The position numbers were made by a program, and so were the translations under genes. From the NCBI GenBank assembly GCA_036339465.1, contig JAYZAY010000066.1:1-52610 (forward strand): 52,610 nucleotides of DNA, written 5' to 3'. Numbering within the stretch: the first letter of the stretch is position 1; each line of letters begins with the position of its first letter. Of the stretch, positions 29,284 to 38,905 are shown piece by piece. Source of the DNA: Myxococcota bacterium. GTDB lineage: Bacteria > Myxococcota > XYA12-FULL-58-9 > JABJBS01. A model generated the notes under the pieces. It made no database searches and was not told the origin of the DNA. It saw only the letters and a list, made by a program, of their open reading frames with translations.

Positions 29284-32200
29284 TCAGCCGCCCCACTCCA
29301 TGGTATACGACATGTCTCGGAGAATCTCGACGAAACCAACATGCTGATTTAGCGTCATAAGAGCTGCTTCCTTAGCTTCATCACCAACCGCATTTTCATA
29401 GACGCCCTTCAGTGAGTTGAGCTCAGTTAAGAACTCAGCCCCTATCATCTTCTGGCCATCTGCAGTATTGTTCGGTGTCTGGTAAACCAATCCCGTAACC
29501 GGATGAACGAATTCCTGAATTCCATTTCCGAAGTCCCGACAATCTCGATATCCTTTCAAGCAGATATAAATGTGGTTGTTGAAGTCTTCAGTATAATCGT
29601 AGAACGAGTTAAATCGGGCCATGGGTAGCAACGCCATCCAGTACCGCATTGTCCAGCTCCAACTCGGTGCAATTTTTGTTTGCGCCATGAGGGCGGCATC
29701 AGGCTCGGAGATATTCTTAACATCAACAGGCAAGACATTTACGCCATCGAAGCGGAAAGCATAGTCACTGGGAGTTCCTTTCATACCATTTCCGAAGAGC
29801 TCGAGCATCTCAGGCTGCAACTTCCGCCAATAGGAGAGTGTGAATGAACCACTGTCTAGGTAGTCCGAGAAGTCGCGGTAGAACGAGCCTTCGTTTGATG
29901 TAATTGCGAATAAAGCTGCAATCTTATCCCAGAAATAGCCGATTCGATTCACCTTGTAATAGTACTCCTCAGAAAACGCTGTATCGAAATTGCGGCCTGC
30001 TACACCATCCACAGTCATTGGTGAACTACATGCTTCACCCATGAGCGTAGTCTCGTGAACATAAACACCGTCTTTGAGGCAATGCTTACCTTCAGCGGGT
30101 TGATTTAAGACCGATGCTAGATAGTTCATACCAGTCAATGCGGCTCTCGCCCAGTCGCGCCCGAAACCGAAATCCCCATAGCTGACTTTCTGACCAGAGG
30201 AATCGCTTCCTAAGCTCGAGTCACTGTAGAGATAGTTCCGGAAGACAGTAGACATTGGGTTGAAGAAACGGGACTGTAATCTAGCCATGTGACTGTTGTA
30301 ACTACCCCAATCAAATCGGTCACGTCTCAGGTTCGTCAATGCGTAATAGGCTTTGTGACGAAGAGCGCGATCGTCCATGACCTCGGTGAAATTCGCGCCT
30401 TTGTCCCAAGTCTGACAGGCGATGTTGGATTCCCAACTACGCTCATCTGGGCAGAACTTATACGGAACCGCTTCCATCGCACGATTCGGAACATCGGCTT
30501 CGGCTTCGATAGCATTATAGTACGCCGACTCTTGCTGATAGAAATCTTCTATCGTCACATATTTTCGCTGGTGAAGCGCTGCGACATTCGGTGTTGGATC
30601 CCAATCATCCGCGGTATCTTCGGTATCACGCCCAACATCTTCGCGAACGATGTCCCTAAGATACTGGTTAATGGCCCGATTAAACTCTGTGTTCCCCGCA
30701 TTATAACCAGCAATAACGTTTTGAAAGACTGTAGAATTGGCGATTTCTGGGTCAAAAAGCTTCGGTAAATCATTATAGTCGGTGAAGAAAAGGAGGTCTG
30801 TAAAATACAGAGGCAGTGAACCTGCCTGTCCGTTAAACGGAGGCATAGGAGTTCCGTCAGGCTTAGCGAAAACTTCAATAAGACCACCGTAGCCAAAGGC
30901 GATTGCTGCTTCATCGTATAGACCAATACCTTTGAACGAGTCGGCATAAAAACGCGCATCGTAATCCATGATGGTGGAGTACTTATAAGCTTCTTGTCCT
31001 GTGGACTTACCACCCACAATCTCATCGATGTCACCAGTATGAGCAGGGTTGACAGCGCCTTCCTTAAGAACACGTTCGGTCTCAGGATTGTAATTCGCCC
31101 AGTACTCCTTACGGAAATTTAATGGGTCCATGGAACCTTCAAAGTTGTGCCGAAGTCCTAAAGTATGTCCAACTTCGTGCGCCATAACCGCCTCGTAGAT
31201 ACGGGCTCTCATGTAGTCGTAAACACCTTGCCAATCTTTGCCTTCGTCTTTCAGTTTCTGAGCTATCCACAGCATACCATCATCACCAAATTCATCAGCC
31301 ATCATGATAGATTTAGCACGTAACATGCGACGTGCTTCAGCCTGCTTCTTACCAAAATCGCTGTCCATCAAATACGAAAGCGCACTGAATTCGGTACCTT
31401 GAATCTGGTCAGCCGTGAGCTGCATAGGCTCACCTGCTGCCTGAGCGTGGGCCAATTCCATTGCCGCTTTCTTCGGTCCCATAACCCGACGGAATTCGTC
31501 ATTGGTTAGCAACTCTTTATCGATGGACGAACCTGCCACTCGACGTAGTTTTGCATCCAAGGAGGCGAGGTTGGCATCATGGTCATGGTTCCCAAAGCGG
31601 GAATGAAGACCAATTTTCCCGCGATATTCCAACCCACTTTGGTGCTCTAACGGTAATTTCTGCGCCGCCAATCGTTCAAAGTCGGGATTGCCGCGAGTTT
31701 CAAAGATTGAGCCTCCGCGCTGGCTTAATTCATCTAGCGTGCGGTCTAGGGCCTGGCTAGCATTGGCATTCTTGCGGCGTTCATCGAGTTCTTCTCGAAC
31801 ATTGGTACCATTGAGAATGTCGGCAACCTTGCCACCATCGTTCATCATGGTCACCAAGTCAGCCGCATAGGCTGCGTATCTATCGATGGCCGCACCGTAG
31901 ATATTCGCGTTACCAGAGATGAGCTCGCCGGTGACCGGGTCAGCCGCTGAGGGCCCGTATCCCAGGGGACCAGACTGCATGGGGGTATCCACCCAATGAA
32001 GGAAGCTGTAGCGTAGATCGCCTGGCTTCTGCCAAGTAAATTCGCCGTTGCTTGCCCATTCTAGAAGTGAACACGCCCGCTTAAGATTGCCTTGCTTAAT
32101 GGTCGAGATGCCGTATTCCGCGAGTAGCTCTCCGTGGTCGTTTTTCTGCGCGTAGCTGGTAGCCGTTTGAAGAGAACAACTGTTGAAAGCCCATTTGTAG

Positions 32201-33417
32201 ATGGGATTGATGTCTTCAAGCTTGTATTGGTCCGTAAAGGTCTTTCGTCTCTCGTAGACGGTTTTTCGAAAAGAGTCGTCCCACTCTTTGACCAGCTTAT
32301 CGGTGGCATCCTTAATCATCGAATCCTTCGGAAAATCCACATTGGTATGATAAACAACCTCGCCTTCCCACCGCTGAGACATTGGTATCAACCTTCCATC
32401 GGCGGCGTATGTTTTCTTCCAGATATTCCAGCGATTTGCCCAACGGATGCGGTTGTCACGGGTAAGCTGGAATTCGTCATCCCAAGCCTGACGGCTGGTG
32501 CGGAAAAAACCGAACCGCTCGAACATTTCAACTTTCCACTCACGACAATCAGCAAGGTCCTCTTCTTTGCATCGGCGCAGCGCCTTACCCTCAGTGATTC
32601 CTCTTGAGGCATCGTTGAAAGTCGCCTTGATGGGCAGATGGTCGGGGTAAGCAAGGGGTTCATAGTCTCTGTTTTCAATTTTGAGAAAAGACATCTTCAC
32701 TTTCGTGAGTGAGCCACCGCAATGGTAGTACTCACCAAGCGTGTAGATACAGGTGTAGAGGTCTGGCGCTAGAATATATTGTCCAACAATATTGATGCTA
32801 TTGGGTTTTATTTCTGCCCGGTGCGGATTGTCGTACTCATGCTCTTGGATGTAGTACGGGTGCGACGCACTCATGTAGTTGATGAACCCCGCGATTGAAC
32901 CGGGATCTGAAATCAGGTTGGTGCTCCAATCGACGCGAACGTGCTCACGCTCATACCAAGGGCGGGTGGATACATCTTCCACAATAACGTTGGTCTGCTC
33001 ACCCGTAGCCGGGTTGTACTCCCGAAAGACGTCGATATGCGAGACGGAAAACGCGGCGATGGGATTGCCGTAGAAATCAACGTCACTGTCTTCACTTTCG
33101 GCATTCTCAAGCATTTCGAAGCTGCGGTATGCAGTGAGAGTGTCTTCTTCTAGTCGCCACTTCACTCTGTCCATATCCCCTTCGAGTCCCTCGAAGAGGT
33201 AGCCTTGGTTATACTGAGCCTCAATGATCGTGGGACGGTAATACCAGTCACCATCAAATTGACTCTTCTTGATTAGATTTGGCTGTGTTCGATCAATGTC
33301 CTCGACATCACCGGCACATGCTGTCAGCCACAAGGCTGCCAATCCTGCTATCATTAATCGCTTGAAGTTGCCCATTCTGCAATCTCCCATTCTAAAAATA
33401 GATTCTCGTGCTTTCAT
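29284..33417 (-). CDS. Large lipoprotein zinc metalloprotease (metzincin, DUF4953/EcxA-like catalytic domain), paralog A
   Basis: Lipobox LTAC; HEVGHTLGLRH (HExxHxxGxxH, 31147-31179); Met-turn STIMDY. Alternative start ATG 33375 also has a GGAG site. Confidence 0.85.
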   Translation of the reverse strand: MKARESIFRMGDCRMGNFKRLMIAGLAALWLTACAGDVEDIDRTQPNLIKKSQFDGDWYYRPTIIEAQYNQGYLFEGLEGDMDRVKWRLEEDTLTAYRSFEMLENAESEDSDVDFYGNPIAAFSVSHIDVFREYNPATGEQTNVIVEDVSTRPWYEREHVRVDWSTNLISDPGSIAGFINYMSASHPYYIQEHEYDNPHRAEIKPNSINIVGQYILAPDLYTCIYTLGEYYHCGGSLTKVKMSFLKIENRDYEPLAYPDHLPIKATFNDASRGITEGKALRRCKEEDLADCREWKVEMFERFGFFRTSRQAWDDEFQLTRDNRIRWANRWNIWKKTYAADGRLIPMSQRWEGEVVYHTNVDFPKDSMIKDATDKLVKEWDDSFRKTVYERRKTFTDQYKLEDINPIYKWAFNSCSLQTATSYAQKNDHGELLAEYGISTIKQGNLKRACSLLEWASNGEFTWQKPGDLRYSFLHWVDTPMQSGPLGYGPSAADPVTGELISGNANIYGAAIDRYAAYAADLVTMMNDGGKVADILNGTNVREELDERRKNANASQALDRTLDELSQRGGSIFETRGNPDFERLAAQKLPLEHQSGLEYRGKIGLHSRFGNHDHDANLASLDAKLRRVAGSSIDKELLTNDEFRRVMGPKKAAMELAHAQAAGEPMQLTADQIQGTEFSALSYLMDSDFGKKQAEARRMLRAKSIMMADEFGDDGMLWIAQKLKDEGKDWQGVYDYMRARIYEAVMAHEVGHTLGLRHNFEGSMDPLNFRKEYWANYNPETERVLKEGAVNPAHTGDIDEIVGGKSTGQEAYKYSTIMDYDARFYADSFKGIGLYDEAAIAFGYGGLIEVFAKPDGTPMPPFNGQAGSLPLYFTDLLFFTDYNDLPKLFDPEIANSTVFQNVIAGYNAGNTEFNRAINQYLRDIVREDVGRDTEDTADDWDPTPNVAALHQRKYVTIEDFYQQESAYYNAIEAEADVPNRAMEAVPYKFCPDERSWESNIACQTWDKGANFTEVMDDRALRHKAYYALTNLRRDRFDWGSYNSHMARLQSRFFNPMSTVFRNYLYSDSSLGSDSSGQKVSYGDFGFGRDWARAALTGMNYLASVLNQPAEGKHCLKDGVYVHETTLMGEACSSPMTVDGVAGRNFDTAFSEEYYYKVNRIGYFWDKIAALFAITSNEGSFYRDFSDYLDSGSFTLSYWRKLQPEMLELFGNGMKGTPSDYAFRFDGVNVLPVDVKNISEPDAALMAQTKIAPSWSWTMRYWMALLPMARFNSFYDYTEDFNNHIYICLKGYRDCRDFGNGIQEFVHPVTGLVYQTPNNTADGQKMIGAEFLTELNSLKGVYENAVGDEAKEAALMTLNQHVGFVEILRDMSYTMEWGG

Positions 33418-33431
33418 GATTCTCGGTCTCC

Positions 33432-36400
33432 TTAAAGGACGCTGCCTTCTTCGTAAACTCGGTGAATGAGTCGGTTGTATTCAAGGAACTGCTCCACGCG
33501 CTTGATTTCATATTCGAGATTCTCTTTCTGATTCTCAAGCTGAGTTTTCTTGGTTGTTCTCTTTTCGTCCGTTAGACCCCTATTTTCACCCATAACCGGT
33601 GTGTTTGAGTTCAGGTCAGCAACGACTGTTTCAAGTTGAGCTAGCTGGGAAACTAGGACACCACAGCTTTTAACCAGCTTAAAGGATGCATCTTGAACCA
33701 AGGGTTTGTCGTCAGTTCCACCGGTTCGAAGTGCCACAAAGGTCTTTCCAGCAGCATGAACCTTGCATTCAATAGTGTCTGCACCAGCTGAATTCACTTC
33801 ATCTTCAGCGCCCTTGAGCCAGACCCGAGCATGCTTCGAAAAATCTAGGGTTTGATCCAGCGGACTTGTCAGAAAGGCCATTCCGTAAAGGAGAGCAGTT
33901 CGTTGCAGGTTGGTTACTAAGGGGGGTAGCACAACCGGTGTCGTCTGGGCAGAGGAACTGCCAAAGACTGGTGAGAGTTGCTGCTCCAACACAAAGGTAG
34001 ATTCGGAACCATCCTCCGTAGCTTGCGCACTGGCAAAAGGTGCAATGGTATTACCGATAGAGTGTCGATTTCGGACCATCATGTTGGCGACCTGGTCGAC
34101 GATGCCGGGGAACCATCGGTTCAGGCCGATGGAGTAGGCGGTATAATCCACTGTTTGGTCTATTCTGAAGAACCGGGCGAAGGGGTCCATCAATTCCATT
34201 AGGGCGTACTGTTTATCCCAGTATGTCCCGACGTAGGAAAATTGCCAATCCACGTAGTCCTCGGTAAATCCCAGAAAGAGAGGATGAACCCCAGGCTGGG
34301 TCTTGAGTGACAATTCAGTTTGGTAGCCAGTGGGCGCTTCCAGATCAGAAGAACAGTCATAGTTAGACAAACCATTGTCATCAAATTCAGTGCTCGTATA
34401 GGGAATGTAGAGGTGTTCTCGCTTACTCACGTCAGGATTCAAAACACACTTGCGTGGGTCAGTCACAAGACTTCCATTGTCGTTCCCATCAACAAGATTG
34501 AGCACTTTATAGCCAGACTCGCACTTGGCACATAGGTAGTACTCGTCTGGTTCCGGAATGCCCATAACCTCGTTCATCATGTTCAGACCATCTTCAACGG
34601 ACGCAAGCATGTCTTCGTAGAGCTCGTGTCCCTCATCGAAGACACCACCGTTGGACGTCCAATTAAATCTCTCTGGCTGTTGCTTGTAGAGGTAAAGGTA
34701 GTGGTAAGTCATAACGATGTCTCGGAAAACACCGTATCCGCGGTTCATAACTCCGAAATTCATGTTGAGCCGATTCCGAAGATAATTGGTAAACAGGTAG
34801 TAGTTTTTGTATTTTACGCGACGCGCTTCTTGAATTTCCCGCTGGTTCGCGCCGAAGTCAAAAGCTTTACAAGTGGGTGTAGCGCCCTGAAATTCATCAC
34901 TACAAAACATGTAGGGTACTTCGTTACGCAGTTGTTGGCTGTATTCGGTCTTCTTCAATTTTTCCTTGGTCCAATCCCAAACAATATCTTTTCGGTTTGC
35001 AATGTCGCTAACGGAAGAAAAGTAAGCCGGGGTAGCACCCTTCGGAGTGGCTAAGCGATTGTAGTCGTGTTCCATTCGGAACTGACGTAGATCATCCCCT
35101 CCCTTGCTCGGATCGATGAAAGTTTCGACGATCTGGCCATAGCCAAACTTGGCTGCGGCCTTGTCGTAGAGCCCTAGGCCTTGAAAATCTGCATTGATTT
35201 TGCCGTGGTAGTCCATAATCGAGCTGTATCGATATTCATCTCTACGCGCGTCTAGTTGGTCGTCTTTGCTCTTGGATGAGAGATTCCAGAACTCTTGATT
35301 GAAATTCAAAGCATCATACGACCCCTCGTAGTTGTGTCGCAGACCTACGTTGTGGCCAATTTCGTGAAGAGCAACTGCTTTAAAAATCATTTTGGTCAGT
35401 TCTTTTTGCTTTTCAGAGAAGGTCTTGCCTTTTAGAACTTTGGCCAGTCCAACCAAGGAATCATCCAAGGCCGCCATCGGACAGAAAGTTCGCTCACTGA
35501 AAAACCGCTCGGCTTCAGGCCGGATATGGCGCTCGAATTCAGCCCGCTTAATTGGAGATGCCCTGTCATAAAGTTCATCGCTGACATGTTGCCCAGGGCG
35601 CCATTCGCCACGGGAGGCCATCATGAGATCTTCATCGCGAATGATATATTCACGCTCCAGGTGAGTGCCACCAACTCGATTAAGTCGCTCTTGGAAATGG
35701 CGGCTATTGTCTAATTTGGTAAGAGCGGGAAGACCGCTTTCTTTAATTAGCTCCGAACGCTTTCGGATGTGTTCGAATAACTCAGGAGATGGTCGTCGGT
35801 TCGCCGCACGTTCTACAATGGATTCGATGCTAGAAGGATCAACTTGGTCTAGGTTTCGCCCTGTCTGTCCCTCTGGAAGAGTCACGCCCTGAAGAAGCTC
35901 AGCCATGGTAATTTCATCATTGATGTACTCGACATATTCGGCCGCTCGGGTAGCGGCGGATTCGATGGTCCAACCCAGGATATAAGAAGAAGACACAACG
36001 TTACGTCCATTGGTTGGGTCCGCTAACATAGGTCCATAACCGCTCCAAGTTGCAGGAACGCGGTTATCGATCCAATAGAGCATATTGATTCGCGGGTCGC
36101 CGATCTGCTGCCAAGTGAATGGTTCCGCAGTGCCCATGGAATGATACTCAAGCGCGGCGCAATAGTTGACAAGGTTCTCCATGTCTAACTGCGCATCTTT
36201 ACCGGCCTTGGCTTGTATATCTGCCTGAGCTTTGGTGGCCACTTCTGGATTGTCTGTGGAATATTTTTCGACTGTAGAAAAAAGGCAATTGTTGTCTTTG
36301 ATATAGAACATCTGTGGAACATCTGTGATATTCTTGCCCTGAGCAGATGCAACCGTTTCCTTAAACACCTTGTTCCACTCATTTTCGATGTCGGTTACGG

Positions 36401-37481
36401 TATCCCGCAGGTACTCAGGAAAATCCCAGTTTAGATAATAAACAATAGGCTTGGGCGTCCTTTGGACTGGGTCAATTCGGGTACCATCGTCGTTTAAGGA
36501 TTTTTCCCAAATATCGAAACGAATGAGCATGTGGTCAACACCACTTTGCGTAATGCCTCGGTGGTGGTCGTAAACAAGACGGTCGATTCGGAAAAAACCG
36601 AAGCGTTTAAATACGTCGGCTCGCTCAACCTCACCGGTAGCATCATCGACAATCTCGTGACCGTTGTCGTCGTGGAGTTCCACCGAGTCGGGATAGTATA
36701 GTTTTTCGTAGTGTTGATTCGCCTTTTCATCAACTTCCCAAAAAGCGTGTCGAACTTTGATTTCGCCCGCGCCACAACTGTAGGGGTCCATGCCCATGTC
36801 ACGGCAGGTGTAGGGATCAGATTCAACATAATGGTTGTTAACAAAATCCATATAACCGGACTCGGGAGTCAAACGCGCACGCCAGGGACTGGTGCTATCG
36901 TTTTCGTCCACAAAAAAGGATCCACCGGCACCTCCGTCCAGGTCGTAGTAGTCGACAGGTAACACAAAGGGATTGCCAGAAAGCTGGGTGCTTGACCAAC
37001 GGAGTTTCGCATACTCTCGCTCGTACCACGGCCGGTCGACTACGTTTGGCACGATAACGTTGGTCTTCTCGCCAGTGGATGCGCTGTACGCCCGATTAAT
37101 ATCGAAATGACTGCTAACGGGTATCGCGATAATCGGTTCGCCGTAGTCCTCGTGGGTCGATCCGTCGTCCTTGGCCTCTTCTGAGCCGGGCACGTACTCA
37201 TAGTCACGATAGGCAACGAGAGCGTCTTCAGTGAACTCCCAACGCAACCGCTGGATAATGAATAAGTCACCACTGCCAATGCTGGCATAGGGACCCACCG
37301 TTTCTGCTGCATCAACAACAGTCCGTCGATAGTACCAACTTTTGTTCAACAAGTCTGATTTCTTGATATAACCAGGTTGAACAAGATTAATATCACCTTT
37401 ATCTCCTGCACAACCGATGAAGAGTGCAGAGATAGAAAGCGTTGCCACCAGTAACTGGGTCAAGCGTTTACCAAGCCCCAT
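33432..37481 (-). CDS. Large lipoprotein zinc metalloprotease (metzincin, DUF4953/EcxA-like catalytic domain), paralog B
   Basis: Lipobox FIGC; HEIGHNVGLRH (35334-35366); Met-turn SSIMDY; GGAGG ribosome-binding site. Confidence 0.85.
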   Translation of the reverse strand: MGLGKRLTQLLVATLSISALFIGCAGDKGDINLVQPGYIKKSDLLNKSWYYRRTVVDAAETVGPYASIGSGDLFIIQRLRWEFTEDALVAYRDYEYVPGSEEAKDDGSTHEDYGEPIIAIPVSSHFDINRAYSASTGEKTNVIVPNVVDRPWYEREYAKLRWSSTQLSGNPFVLPVDYYDLDGGAGGSFFVDENDSTSPWRARLTPESGYMDFVNNHYVESDPYTCRDMGMDPYSCGAGEIKVRHAFWEVDEKANQHYEKLYYPDSVELHDDNGHEIVDDATGEVERADVFKRFGFFRIDRLVYDHHRGITQSGVDHMLIRFDIWEKSLNDDGTRIDPVQRTPKPIVYYLNWDFPEYLRDTVTDIENEWNKVFKETVASAQGKNITDVPQMFYIKDNNCLFSTVEKYSTDNPEVATKAQADIQAKAGKDAQLDMENLVNYCAALEYHSMGTAEPFTWQQIGDPRINMLYWIDNRVPATWSGYGPMLADPTNGRNVVSSSYILGWTIESAATRAAEYVEYINDEITMAELLQGVTLPEGQTGRNLDQVDPSSIESIVERAANRRPSPELFEHIRKRSELIKESGLPALTKLDNSRHFQERLNRVGGTHLEREYIIRDEDLMMASRGEWRPGQHVSDELYDRASPIKRAEFERHIRPEAERFFSERTFCPMAALDDSLVGLAKVLKGKTFSEKQKELTKMIFKAVALHEIGHNVGLRHNYEGSYDALNFNQEFWNLSSKSKDDQLDARRDEYRYSSIMDYHGKINADFQGLGLYDKAAAKFGYGQIVETFIDPSKGGDDLRQFRMEHDYNRLATPKGATPAYFSSVSDIANRKDIVWDWTKEKLKKTEYSQQLRNEVPYMFCSDEFQGATPTCKAFDFGANQREIQEARRVKYKNYYLFTNYLRNRLNMNFGVMNRGYGVFRDIVMTYHYLYLYKQQPERFNWTSNGGVFDEGHELYEDMLASVEDGLNMMNEVMGIPEPDEYYLCAKCESGYKVLNLVDGNDNGSLVTDPRKCVLNPDVSKREHLYIPYTSTEFDDNGLSNYDCSSDLEAPTGYQTELSLKTQPGVHPLFLGFTEDYVDWQFSYVGTYWDKQYALMELMDPFARFFRIDQTVDYTAYSIGLNRWFPGIVDQVANMMVRNRHSIGNTIAPFASAQATEDGSESTFVLEQQLSPVFGSSSAQTTPVVLPPLVTNLQRTALLYGMAFLTSPLDQTLDFSKHARVWLKGAEDEVNSAGADTIECKVHAAGKTFVALRTGGTDDKPLVQDASFKLVKSCGVLVSQLAQLETVVADLNSNTPVMGENRGLTDEKRTTKKTQLENQKENLEYEIKRVEQFLEYNRLIHRVYEEGSVL

Positions 37482-37511
37482 GATATCCTCCCAATAAAGA
37501 GATGTTGAATG

Positions 37512-37527
37512 TACGACATATGTCGTA
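37512..37527. repeat. Perfect 16-bp palindrome in the barrel/protease-B intergenic gap
   Basis: TACGACATATGTCGTA is its own reverse complement. Confidence 0.9.
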
Positions 37528-37531
37528 ACAA

Positions 37532-38599
37532 TTAGTAGGATCCTGAAATTCCCAAAGAAATTTCCCCGTAGTTATTTGCCGCCCTATTCTGCCCAAAGGA
37601 GTTGTAGAAAAAGGGCCACATAATAGCTCGATTATCTGCGGTTTGTGCTGGATGACTCGCGTCCATACTTAGACTCAAGCGATAAGACACCGGTGAATCG
37701 GGCGTCAGTAGCTCGGAAAGAGAAAATGACAGCGCTAGGGATTCAGACAATGAATCGCTGCGCCCCATCCCTGTATCCGCGTGGGGTGCGGTGAGGTCGT
37801 CTTCTTCATCGATAATGGCGTGGCGGAAACTATTACTGAGGGACACAGAGTAACTGATGCTCAGAGTTTCCAGGATTTGGTATTCAAATCCAATGTTTGA
37901 AGTAACTGCGAAGTTTAATGTGCCTGACCCTGACACACATTCGTAGACAGCGTGTATTCCACCTTCGCCTGCGGAAGCCACATTGCAGTTCCCAAAATCA
38001 CTTAGGCGTGGAGTCTCTGTGTATTTGGAAGACACCTTGTTCTGGCTGAAAGCCTTTGTAAAACCCGTGGCAAGAGAAATACTAAAATCGCCAAAGGTAC
38101 GATTTAGTCCCAACCCCGCTTTAAGTGTAACCCAACGCTTGTTGATATTGAGGCTCCGATAGGAGGTGGGTAAAGTGACCCTGAGATAAGGCGAAAAACC
38201 AATTCCTGTGAGGTCGTCCTTAAGCCCAGAGGCCGATAGGCTTAGACTAGAATCGGAAGGGTCAAATCTGCGTGCGGGATTGGAGTCCGGCTCGGTTAAT
38301 TCCAGAGTAAAGCCCATGCGTGGTGAAACTTTGAATTTCTGCCCCAGGATGTCGAAACTGTAAAATCCCGAGAGGCCCCAGGCCTGATAAACAAGGCCTC
38401 TAGAAGCTCGGAGGGTGTCATCCTGTAAAAAGGAAGCACTTCCAACGGCGTGGGTAAGACTCAAACTTACGCCATAGTTCTTCCTAGGCTTCTCCTCTGC
38501 CGTCTTTTTCGCATCGTCAGAGCTTACGGAAACTTCTGCTGCGTAGGCTGCGGCCGGTAAACACCAAAGTAGGGCTAAGAAAACCAAGTTGTTCTTCAC
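37532..38599 (-). CDS. Putative outer-membrane beta-barrel protein of unknown family
   Basis: GTG start after GGGAG; signal peptide ending AYA; many alternating amphipathic strands (YGVSLSLTH, LSISYSVSL, YRLSLSMD); C-terminal EISLGISGSY ends in an aromatic residue. Confidence 0.7.
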   Translation of the reverse strand: MKNNLVFLALLWCLPAAAYAAEVSVSSDDAKKTAEEKPRKNYGVSLSLTHAVGSASFLQDDTLRASRGLVYQAWGLSGFYSFDILGQKFKVSPRMGFTLELTEPDSNPARRFDPSDSSLSLSASGLKDDLTGIGFSPYLRVTLPTSYRSLNINKRWVTLKAGLGLNRTFGDFSISLATGFTKAFSQNKVSSKYTETPRLSDFGNCNVASAGEGGIHAVYECVSGSGTLNFAVTSNIGFEYQILETLSISYSVSLSNSFRHAIIDEEDDLTAPHADTGMGRSDSLSESLALSFSLSELLTPDSPVSYRLSLSMDASHPAQTADNRAIMWPFFYNSFGQNRAANNYGEISLGISGSY

Positions 38600-38806
38600 G
38601 TTCAATCTCCCCGATAAAAATAGAATACGGAATAATCTCATTAACCTGAGGTCTCAAAGTGGCCCGAGGCCTCGTTCTAATGGCGTAAATTACTCAGAGT
38701 TATCTAGTTGTTCCATCTACTCTTCTAAAAGGACAGCCGCCATGAATGGAGGCGTCTACAAGGTACCCGCTTGTAGCTCGGTTCCCTCTAGGCTTAGGGC
38801 AAGGTT

Positions 38807-38835
38807 TTGTTACAGTCAGCACACATTACCGTCAA
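38807..38835 (-). promoter_or_regulatory. Putative sigma70-type promoter of the barrel/protease unit
   Basis: Minus strand TTGACG-N17-TAACAA with an AT-rich upstream tract. Confidence 0.35.
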
Positions 38836-38905
38836 GTAAATAATTCGAAAATCCCTAAATTTATGTGGCCAGAGCAAAGTTCTGATGCACCGAAATGATC
38901 AACAA

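Noticed and set aside
29284..29330. Protease A ending in Gly-Gly near a rhomboid gene (GlyGly-CTERM/rhombosortase idea)
   Set aside because: GlyGly-CTERM needs a TM helix and basic tail after the GG; here GG is the extreme C-terminus.
38641..38830. Cobalamin riboswitch-like words (GGGAA, ACTGTAA, GCCACT) in the barrel leader
   Set aside because: Wrong order and spacing for the B12 element.
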